A stretch of DNA of 64,000 bases from a bacterium (GTDB lineage Bacteria; Electryoneota; RPQS01), in contig DASXUQ010000009.1 of assembly GCA_036504735.1 (NCBI GenBank), positions 103,204-167,203 on the forward strand. The letters are read 5' to 3'. Positions 56,697 through 64,000 of this stretch are shown here, one piece after another. The translations under genes were made by a program, and so were the position numbers. The notes beneath the pieces are model-generated. The model had not been told where the DNA came from, searched no databases, and saw nothing but the letters and a program-made list of their open reading frames with translations. Every line of letters starts with the position of its first letter. The first letter of the stretch is position 1.

Positions 56697-57347
56697 CTCA
56701 TAATTCTCCCAAGAATTGTTCGTCTACCCTCTTATGCCAGACACATAGACAAAAAAGACCCCTGGCGTTCGTTTGGCTGACCTGTCTGTTCCTACGCAGA
56801 CGAAGCTCGCACAACACAAAGCACCAGAGGCCTGAATCCCAACATGGGAAACAGGCCAGCCACGAAAAATATGTGTGTTGCGAGCGATAATGCCCGTCTG
56901 CGTAGGTACCCCCAAGATACGGAGAAAATGATGCGAAAGCAAGTATTATTGGTGGGTTAGAATAATTTCTTGATGACGTTCAGTTCTTGTCCATATTTTG
57001 TCCCCAGATCGGTCCAGATTGGCACTTCACTGGAGCTAAATATCTATTATATTTAAGAATAGGACCGCGACACAGCTTCCTTGACCCAGTGAAAAAGAAC
57101 ATTCAGGATCCCCGCCCAAAGACCCTTTCACGAGCCGATTTCACCCCGTTGAAATACCGCCGAATCATCGAGCGTCAAGAGCCAATAATGCCGCTCAAGA
57201 CGAGTCTGACAGAGAACTTACAGCCCCACTAAGCTAAAAGAGCAGACGTTGCCGCCTACTCTCCTATGTCCAGGGTGATGTCAGAACCACCTCTTCAATA
57301 TGCGCCTTGCGAACCTGTAGATCAGCGGACCGAGCTGCAGGACGCAA

Positions 57348-57653
57348 TCAGTAGGAATTCTCATGTATCACCTCCTTCCCGATTCGCTTCTTATGACGTT
57401 GGCGAAGGAGTCTGTTTAGCCTCCGTTCGCTTTCGATAACCTTAACCTCGCCGGCATCTTCAATGGTCACGCGGATAATGCGGTGCACTTCGAGTTTTGG
57501 AGATCTTTCGCGAAGGCTTCGCTCGTCATATTCGACATCGCCCGCAAGTATCCGTTGGAGGCTATCTTCGATAGTGAGAGCCTCAACACGATACTGAACC
57601 TCGTACTCCCACCGCTCTACGGTTTCGACTTCGAATGTAGGCATAGGCATCAC
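57348..57653 (-). CDS. Hypothetical protein (101 aa) co-transcribed downstream of the E1 gene
   Basis: Overlaps the E1 stop by 4 nt. Confidence 0.35.
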   Translation of the reverse strand: MMPMPTFEVETVERWEYEVQYRVEALTIEDSLQRILAGDVEYDERSLRERSPKLEVHRIIRVTIEDAGEVKVIESERRLNRLLRQRHKKRIGKEVIHENSY

Positions 57654-58306
57654 CCCATCATTGTGTATGTCGCCAAGTCAACAACGACTCGACCAGGAAC
57701 CGCTTCGTCATTGACATAGCGCTTAACCATGTTGCAGATCACCGCAACGGCCATAAGTGGCGTGTAGCACACAGAACGCGCTGTACAAGGTTCGGAGAGT
57801 GAATCGCCATCGGTGTGCAGCGAATCCCAATAGCGGCTTCTTTCTTCGCGAACCTGCGGGTGAAGAGTGTAGACGATGAGAGTGTCGAGTCCCATGCGTG
57901 CATCCAAGTACAGTTTGACCGTCGGCTGACCGCGAACGGCACGAAAGATCGTATTTCGTGAAACCATCGAATCCACTGCCGAGATGACTACCTCGGTTAG
58001 TGGCTGATCGTCGTACCTAGCGGCAATTGCATTTGGCGTATGCCCACCGAACTGCTGCATTACCTCGGACAAGGCCGTGCACTTCAGCTTGCCAATGTCT
58101 TCGTCACGGTACATCTGATTCGACCAGTTGTGATCTTCCACTGAGTCTGGGTCATAGATCGTCAGGCCACAGGAGCCCATCTTCCCGAGATACACAGCGG
58201 AAGCACTTCCTATTGCACCGGCACCGATTAGGGTGATGCCGAGGCTGGTGAGACGGCTCATGTTGACCGCGTCTTGCTGGCGGAGGAACCGAAGATCGTT
58301 GTTCAT
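57650..58306 (-). CDS. ThiF/MoeB-type E1-like ubiquitin-activating enzyme (BilD-like)
   Basis: 218 aa. Rossmann GxGxxG (IGAGAIGSASAVYLGKMG) and ThiF-like core. Confidence 0.7.
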   Translation of the reverse strand: MNNDLRFLRQQDAVNMSRLTSLGITLIGAGAIGSASAVYLGKMGSCGLTIYDPDSVEDHNWSNQMYRDEDIGKLKCTALSEVMQQFGGHTPNAIAARYDDQPLTEVVISAVDSMVSRNTIFRAVRGQPTVKLYLDARMGLDTLIVYTLHPQVREERSRYWDSLHTDGDSLSEPCTARSVCYTPLMAVAVICNMVKRYVNDEAVPGRVVVDLATYTMMG

Positions 58307-59031
58307 TAGAAGGGCCTTTCTTCACGGTCAAGATCCTCCGGATAGTACCAATCGAGTTCTTCCTGCAGCTCTTCCATTGTCAGCGCTCCACGATCATGAG
58401 CAGCCCGTAGATCTTGAACATGATCCTGAGTATCACGAGCCAATTGCCGATGCCCGTTCACCCCGTGAGTATCTTCCAATACCTTGGCCTTGAACTCCGT
58501 CAGACATTGCTCGGCAAGCCCATCAATCAACGGGTAGTGAACATCCCAGACAATGTCCGTCAGATACAGATGACAGGGGTGGTATTGATCGAGTCGCATC
58601 ATCGTATCGCGCTTGCGATTCACGACCAACGACAACAAATAGTCGCCATTTGCCAGTCCCGAAATACAGTCATCATCGGTCCCGCTCCAGAAGACCGACA
58701 TGGATCCGTGACTATGCACCCAACATCTCAACTTGCGACTGTCAATACCCTTGTTCTCCAGATCGAGCATGAGTTGGGAGACCGCGACGACATCCATCGT
58801 CGTCTCGTCCGCGGAGCATTGCTGCTTCACCAAGAATAGATCCGTCACGAGAAGAGCGCTGACAGCACCCGAATCGGCATCTCTGATCTCCTCGACGGTA
58901 CCGAGACAGGAGACTTCACCCTTGGCGATGTCAACCCAGTTCCAAAACTTCGCCATTGCGACAGCTTCCACCTGAACACGAATGCCCAATTGCACCGGCT
59001 CACGCCGCGACTTGTTCTGCCACTGATTCAT
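58306..59031 (-). CDS. JAB/MPN (JAMM) metalloprotease / deubiquitinase-like (BilC-like)
   Basis: 241 aa. Exact JAMM motif HSHGSMSVFWSGTDD (H-x-H-x7-S-x2-D). Confidence 0.7.
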   Translation of the reverse strand: MNQWQNKSRREPVQLGIRVQVEAVAMAKFWNWVDIAKGEVSCLGTVEEIRDADSGAVSALLVTDLFLVKQQCSADETTMDVVAVSQLMLDLENKGIDSRKLRCWVHSHGSMSVFWSGTDDDCISGLANGDYLLSLVVNRKRDTMMRLDQYHPCHLYLTDIVWDVHYPLIDGLAEQCLTEFKAKVLEDTHGVNGHRQLARDTQDHVQDLRAAHDRGALTMEELQEELDWYYPEDLDREERPF

Positions 59032-60139
59032 GGCTTACCTCCTCAGTTTCTTCTTTGGGTCTGTTGGGGCAGTCTTCCTCATCGTGATCAACATACTCGT
59101 TACAATGATCGCACCACCAACATGAGTCGCACTCGCTTATCGTGTGACCATAGTCGTCACAATACGAGCAGTACGGTTCATCATCATCCTCGGGCTCTTC
59201 GTAATCAGGGTCCCAACGTTCGATCTTCTGATAGGGGTCACTGGAATTGTAGGAGCTCAGGAACTGATGCACTAACTGAAACAGACCGAAGAGATCGAGC
59301 TCACCTGCAAGACGACTCACGAGATGGCCGCAATTACCCCAACACACATTGCTTCGTTCATCAGTCACATGCGGGTGGACATACCCATTGATATTCGTTC
59401 CACCACCAATGAGTACTTTTCCCTGTCGAAGGTTAACCTCGACTTCGTAAGGGTCGAAGCGATAATCGTAGCCATCGTAGTTGATGATGATCTCATGCGT
59501 AATGCCAACCACGGATTCATCCTCGATCCTGAAACTCGCATACGTGCTCGGCACCAGCTTCATGAGATCGACGAATGAGTGGTTAGCACGATTACGAATC
59601 CATTCCGGCGACTTCTGAAACATCTCCAGCAGATGCCGATCCGTTTCCAACTTTCGGGAGAGTTGCATGACCTGCAAGGACAAGCGTTCAAGCTCGTAGC
59701 TATCTTCTCGGATGGATGCTTGGAGTTCACGCTTGCGATCAGACACACACCCAGCGATGCTCTCGATAAGGGCATCCTTCTGTTGATGACGGTACTGTCG
59801 GCAGATCTTCGGCAGATGCTGATCAATCAGCTTTCGAACAAATGACAGCGCAGACGGGTTCTTTGGCCAGATCAGCAGAACTAGCCATGCCTTACCGACC
59901 CGTGCCACGGGTACGTCGTCACAGGTAATCAGATCGCCCAGCAGGAACTTGGCAAAACCCGGCTCGTGAAGCACCTGCATGTCCGCAATCGTCTTCGAAG
60001 TTGAGCCGTTGCCAGGAAAGGCGACAGCTAGACCTTCACGACCCCAGGATTCTGCTTGCCAAGAATCGGTCAGGTCGGTAATGGGCACATGGTAATTCTG
60101 CGCATAGAAGCGCAATAGATCCTGAATCTGTTGAATCAT
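59000..60139 (-). CDS. E2/UBC-like conjugating enzyme with C-terminal Cys-rich zinc ribbon (BilB-like)
   Basis: 379 aa. HPHVTDERSNVCWG resembles the UBC HPN...C active site. C-terminal C..C..C..H..C cluster. Confidence 0.5.
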   Translation of the reverse strand: MIQQIQDLLRFYAQNYHVPITDLTDSWQAESWGREGLAVAFPGNGSTSKTIADMQVLHEPGFAKFLLGDLITCDDVPVARVGKAWLVLLIWPKNPSALSFVRKLIDQHLPKICRQYRHQQKDALIESIAGCVSDRKRELQASIREDSYELERLSLQVMQLSRKLETDRHLLEMFQKSPEWIRNRANHSFVDLMKLVPSTYASFRIEDESVVGITHEIIINYDGYDYRFDPYEVEVNLRQGKVLIGGGTNINGYVHPHVTDERSNVCWGNCGHLVSRLAGELDLFGLFQLVHQFLSSYNSSDPYQKIERWDPDYEEPEDDDEPYCSYCDDYGHTISECDSCWWCDHCNEYVDHDEEDCPNRPKEETEEVSHESVAEQVAA

Positions 60140-60239
60140 AGATTGTTCCTCCGGAGGAAGAAGAGCCCCGGCAGATCACTCTACCGAGGCTCTCCTCATA
60201 TCTGATAGCGGTGTAGGAAGGACCGCCAGCAGATCCTCC

Positions 60240-60452
60240 TTAGATGCCACCCTTCACCTGGGGCACTAGGGTGAGAACCGCCCCTTCCTGCAGCACATCA
60301 CTGTCGAACGCCGGGCTGCCGTTCACATGCCGAGTATACGAACTGTCCTTGGGGAACCCGGCCTGGGAGATCGCCTGCTCTACCGTGGTGCCGTCCGAGA
60401 TGTCTATCTCTTTGGCCGAACGTCCTAAACACAAAACCTTGCACTTCATGAG
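60240..60452 (-). CDS. Ubiquitin-like beta-grasp protein ending in Gly-Gly (ThiS/MoaD/BilA-like); start taken at the ATG encoding MKCKV
   Basis: About 70 aa (MKCKVLCLG...LTLVPQVKGGI) with a C-terminal GG plus one residue. First gene of the operon. The track ORF extends to a TTG at 60515. Confidence 0.55.
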   Translation of the reverse strand, partial: LMKCKVLCLGRSAKEIDISDGTTVEQAISQAGFPKDSSYTRHVNGSPAFDSDVLQEGAVLTLVPQVKGGI

Positions 60453-60699
60453 TCGCTCCTTGCGAGGGTTGATCAACTTTGCCGCCCAATTTCTATGGGG
60501 CGAACCTTGGTTCAACCTCTTATGCCAGAAAGCGAAATCCCTGTTCTAAGCCGGGCCAATCACAGGCAAGAACTGTAAATTGGAGCCCATGCGTCTAATT
60601 ACATGACTTTGTCTCAAGGGCGATGTAAGTATTGAAAATCATCTGTGGAATTATTACATTTACATTAACAGATCATCACACTCATCAAGAGTACCTACC

Positions 60700-62496
60700 A
60701 TGCGATTTCGGCAGGTCGAGACCGTAAAACGGACCACAAATGATTCTCTTCTGCCCGTCAAGGTTACTTACGAAGACACGACGCCAGTAGTCGAAGAAGA
60801 CGAAGAAGAGGAAGTAGAATACTCTTCGGGAATCGTTGACCGGGCCAGGCAGGTGAAAGATGCCATCGCCGAGAGACTGTTTGGGTCATCCTACGATGAC
60901 GAGGAAGAGGAGGACGATGAAGACGAGGGGGAAGAAGAATCGTGCTTCGATGTGCGCTTCTATGACAGAGCGTCTCCTGAACCAAAAAGTCGTAAGAAGA
61001 GTGATGATGAGGTCTTCTGCTTCGACGGATATGTGTTGACGCCGGGTCTGGCGCGGGCAATCAAGGCTGTGGCACCGCATGCCATCTTTAACGAGCCGAT
61101 ATTGATTGAAGGAGCGGAGGGAACCGGGAAAGATACGCTCGCTCATTCAATTCATCAATGTTCGGGTTTGTCCGGTCCCTTCATAACCGTAGATTGCGGA
61201 AGTTATCGTCCAGACATGTTTGAGGATGAATTGCACGGGACGCGAACTCGAGTCGGACTTATTGATCAGGCAGAGGGCGGAGTGCTCTACCTCAAAGACA
61301 TCGATAAACTGACCGTGCCGATGCAGGAGATCCTGCTCGCGGAACTTGAATCCCTGTTGGTTTCCGATGACGAGGAAGAGGAAGTGGACGACGAGGACGA
61401 AGAATCTGAAGAAGAAGCTCAGGATGAGAGCGAGGAAGAACCAACGACTCAACTGATTGCTTGTTGCAGTCCGAGGATCAAAACACTATTGTCCAGAAGA
61501 AGATTCAGCCAAGAACTGTATACGAGTCTCAAGGTTGGCTATGCCGCGCTTCCTTCACTCCTGGACCACCCCAACGCAATCTTACCTCTGTTGAAGCTCT
61601 TTGTTAATGCCGCAGAATCGAAACGATCTGGGACGACGAAGACGAGGAAGGCGCCCACTGCCATAGACCAATACTCTTATGCGAAGGACGTCAGGGCGAC
61701 CTTGACTCGCTTGAAGTGGCCGGGCAATTACGATGACTTGATCCGATGCGCCGAACGAGTAAGACAGGAGGTTACCGAGAAGCCGGGCCCGATCACCGGA
61801 GCCATGATAAAGCGGTGCCTCACCGGGCCGACAAAGTCACAAGCGAAGAAGGGAACTCGGGCCGTCGAAAGGTCCACCGCGAGCCCTACGCCTTCTTCAA
61901 CTGCAAAGCCCGGCCTCGTTGGCCACTCTGAAGCTCAAGTCTCGGAATCGCCCACAAGCATTGGTAAGAAACCGCCTATAAACCAGCTCATTAAGACCTC
62001 TCATCCGATGATTGTAATCGTGCCGGACAAGCAGCTTGGCCCTGTGAGCGGCGTCAGCATGTCTCGCGCCTGGACACAGCAGCACGAGACTGAGTATCAA
62101 CAACTGAGGTTAGACGACCGAGAGTGGGAAAATACCGTTCGGGCTGTCGAGCAGGCAGCGCGGGCTCTGTGCAACTCCATGTTTAGCGGAAAGTCTGGGG
62201 TCTTGAAGCGGGCACTCAAAGACAATTGGAAAGGTGAGTTCAAACGCGTTTTGATTGCACGATGGGTCATCTTAGCCATGGAGAAGCATGAGTGTGACCA
62301 GGCGACGAGGCTGCACAGGTTAGGATGGCTTGAAGAACCTAAACCGGGAAAAGACTACCAGAAGAAGTGTGAAAGCTACCGGCAGTATTGCTACCAGCTC
62401 GGATTCGTTCAACCGAAACAAGGAAACGTGCTCGAGAGAAGCTTCGTATGGCCAGAAGAACAGGCCTGGCTGGACGACTATATACCACCGCGCTAA
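60700..62496 (+). CDS. bEBP-like AAA+ ATPase (sigma54-interaction-domain homolog) lacking the GAFTGA motif, with long poly-acidic tracts
   Basis: 598 aa. Walker A EGAEGTGKD and Walker B GGVLYLKDID resemble sigma54 activators. Where GAFTGA is expected it reads GTRTRVG. Glu/Asp runs at residues about 30-45, 65-80 and 215-245. No clear C-terminal HTH. Confidence 0.5.
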   Translation: MRFRQVETVKRTTNDSLLPVKVTYEDTTPVVEEDEEEEVEYSSGIVDRARQVKDAIAERLFGSSYDDEEEEDDEDEGEEESCFDVRFYDRASPEPKSRKKSDDEVFCFDGYVLTPGLARAIKAVAPHAIFNEPILIEGAEGTGKDTLAHSIHQCSGLSGPFITVDCGSYRPDMFEDELHGTRTRVGLIDQAEGGVLYLKDIDKLTVPMQEILLAELESLLVSDDEEEEVDDEDEESEEEAQDESEEEPTTQLIACCSPRIKTLLSRRRFSQELYTSLKVGYAALPSLLDHPNAILPLLKLFVNAAESKRSGTTKTRKAPTAIDQYSYAKDVRATLTRLKWPGNYDDLIRCAERVRQEVTEKPGPITGAMIKRCLTGPTKSQAKKGTRAVERSTASPTPSSTAKPGLVGHSEAQVSESPTSIGKKPPINQLIKTSHPMIVIVPDKQLGPVSGVSMSRAWTQQHETEYQQLRLDDREWENTVRAVEQAARALCNSMFSGKSGVLKRALKDNWKGEFKRVLIARWVILAMEKHECDQATRLHRLGWLEEPKPGKDYQKKCESYRQYCYQLGFVQPKQGNVLERSFVWPEEQAWLDDYIPPR

Positions 62497-62526
62497 CCAC
62501 TAATTTCACCATCGAATGCCTATGTG

Positions 62527-62553
62527 CTCGGGTAACCCCCGGGCATTTTTTTT
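62527..62553 (+). terminator. Rho-independent terminator (6-bp GC stem, 5-nt loop, T8)
   Basis: CTCGGG-taacc-CCCGGG (one G-T wobble pair) followed by cattttttttg, 30 nt after the stop at 62496. Confidence 0.55.
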
Positions 62554-62793
62554 GTTCGGTTTCTAACCGGTTATCTAACGAATAAGGCCGTTAGCTAACA
62601 AGTAATTTCGTGACAAAATTGAATTTAACACGTATCATAGGGTGAACGTTCGACAGGAATACGGCGTTGGCCACGCATCAAGAATACGGCCACCGGTAAC
62701 AACTAGCTAATCACGAATTCGACCTGGCCAGGTCGTGTCAGCCAACCGCTCGATGCGGAGGGATGAGCACGGCCTATTCGTGTTTGTGCCCTT

Positions 62794-63327
62794 TTGCATC
62801 CGCAGAAAGGTCACAGACTCATGGCCAGCGCGAACACGCAGGTAGGATTACTCAAGGAGTGTACTGCCCGTCCGAAGCATGCCAAGAAGGTGAAGTACCC
62901 ACGGGTCGGTCGCCGAACCTTGAATCACGTCAGGATGGGATTCAGCATCGCGGGGCTGGACAGAGAAGTCACCCGCTCGGATATCGATGACCAAATCGAA
63001 TTATCAGACACTCCGGTATCGAATCCACACCGGAACGAGGATGTTCTGATTTCCCTGCTGGACGGGGAGCAACCGGAAGACGATAAGTACTTCGATTTGC
63101 TGGAGCGCCGTCTGGAGTTCCTGCGATGGGCCATCAGCGAGCTCACAGAGCGGCAGGCCATAGCCCTCGGATACATGTTGCAGGGTGCATCCGAGTATGA
63201 GGGGGCGGAAGCGATGAATGTCAAGCAACCTACGTTCCACGAGACACTTTACGGCAAGGATGGCAAGGGGGGCGTAATCAAGAAGTTGCGAAAGCTGGTG
63301 GCGAAATACCCTATCACTCTTTCTTGA
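62794..63327 (+). CDS. Sigma-70 region-4 / LuxR-type HTH regulator (start possibly at 62821)
   Basis: C-terminal LTERQAIALGYMLQGASEYEGAEAMNVKQPTFHE resembles the sigma-70 r4 HTH. Confidence 0.45.
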   Translation: MHPQKGHRLMASANTQVGLLKECTARPKHAKKVKYPRVGRRTLNHVRMGFSIAGLDREVTRSDIDDQIELSDTPVSNPHRNEDVLISLLDGEQPEDDKYFDLLERRLEFLRWAISELTERQAIALGYMLQGASEYEGAEAMNVKQPTFHETLYGKDGKGGVIKKLRKLVAKYPITLS

Positions 63328-63480
63328 TGTGATGGGGTTGCAGAACGCTCTTTGAAATATCCAAATATCCGACCGGGACGGATTCCCGGATCTGCTTCTG
63401 GAAGTGTGAACGTCTCACCATCAGCCCATCGATGGTGTACCGGAAGGTCAACCGATTTGACTATCAGAAAGAAGGTTGAT

Positions 63481-63939
63481 ATGGATACCAACCAGATCAT
63501 CCCTTTGCGCAGGGCGCTCGAGGAGTTCGGCATCCGCGACTTCGAGACCATGCGGAAAGCCGCCAAGAAGTTTGGTGCGCTCATCACCGTGGCCGGCATC
63601 GAGTACATCGATAAGGCACGGTTCGAGAGTGGACTCCAGACCGAACTTCAGGCGAAGGTCGATCAAGCGGCTCGCCGTGGTAGCGTCAAGGCTACCAGCG
63701 GTCGTCAACTGGGCTTGCTCAAGGCCCGGATCGAACTCGCCCCGTCGCGGATTGCGGCCAAGGAAGGTGCAATTGTCGCGGCACGTAAAAAGGTTGAAGA
63801 AGCTCAGAACAAGTACGAGAAGACTCGTGCGAAGAAAGCCCTGACGGAGTTGGAAGCAGGCTTGAAACGTCTGCAGGACAACCTCGCCAAAGACCAGGCT
63901 GAGCTGGATCGCCTGCTGAACGAAGGATCTGCGGAGTAA
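63481..63939 (+). CDS. Hypothetical coiled-coil protein (start taken at the ATG encoding MDTNQIIPL)
   Basis: C-terminal heptad-rich lysine/glutamate region. RBS AAGGTTGATATG. Confidence 0.4.
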   Translation: MDTNQIIPLRRALEEFGIRDFETMRKAAKKFGALITVAGIEYIDKARFESGLQTELQAKVDQAARRGSVKATSGRQLGLLKARIELAPSRIAAKEGAIVAARKKVEEAQNKYEKTRAKKALTELEAGLKRLQDNLAKDQAELDRLLNEGSAE

Positions 63940-64000
63940 TCCTCGGATCAAGTGGGACCCAGACGCCGTGTGGGTGGCTTTGTTATATTCACCATCGCCG

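Noticed and set aside
56728-60529. Identical 14-mer CCTCTTATGCCAGA upstream of both the beta-helix gene (56728-56741) and the Ubl gene (60516-60529). Considered as a shared sigma54 promoter (rc TCTGGCATAAGAGG)
   Set aside because: A 14-mer coincidence is expected by chance several times in 64 kb. The -12 position lacks the invariant GC at the correct spacing.
1-64000. CRISPR arrays, rRNA genes and tRNA genes
   Set aside because: No regularly spaced direct repeats with unique spacers, no rRNA-like conserved stretches and no convincing tRNA cloverleaf were seen. The repeat families found are pairwise dispersed and are not arrays.

Overview
This 64 kb window is high-GC bacterial DNA carrying a stack of mobile and defence-related cargo, with essentially no housekeeping genes. 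From left to right:

- an intact IS3-family insertion sequence (about 318-1547);
- two tandem giant secreted proteins with N-terminal M23 peptidase domains (1737-12596);
- a region (12.6-19 kb) holding an AbiEi/AbiEii-like pair, an orphan HTH-nucleotidyltransferase fusion and a HigB/HigA-ImmA pair, punctuated by four related intergenic repeat elements built from tandem GTTGTGRC units with sigma54-like -24/-12 cores;
- a tight five-gene operon (19332-25760) encoding a metallophosphoesterase, two paralogous Ras-like P-loop GTPase-like proteins and two large helical proteins, which I cannot assign to a named system and consider the best candidate for an undescribed conflict system;
- an AT-rich cassette (PaaK-like ligase, membrane protein, Na/solute symporter) between an excisionase-like HTH gene and a tyrosine integrase;
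- a roughly 23 kb integrative-element-like block (about 30.2-54.4 kb) delimited by the integrase and a P4-type primase-helicase, carrying Septu (PtuAB), ThyX, an HD-hydrolase/P-loop NTPase/unknown three-gene operon, and the conserved Dcm-Vsr-GHKL ATPase-Z1-PD-(D/E)XK-AIPR cassette, plus a strongly structured iteron-rich region downstream of the primase;
- a secreted beta-helix protein;
- a Bil-like Ubl-E2-JAB-E1 operon;
- a divergent bEBP-like AAA+ protein lacking the GAFTGA motif;
- a sigma-70 region-4-like protein.

No rRNA, tRNA or CRISPR array is visible.
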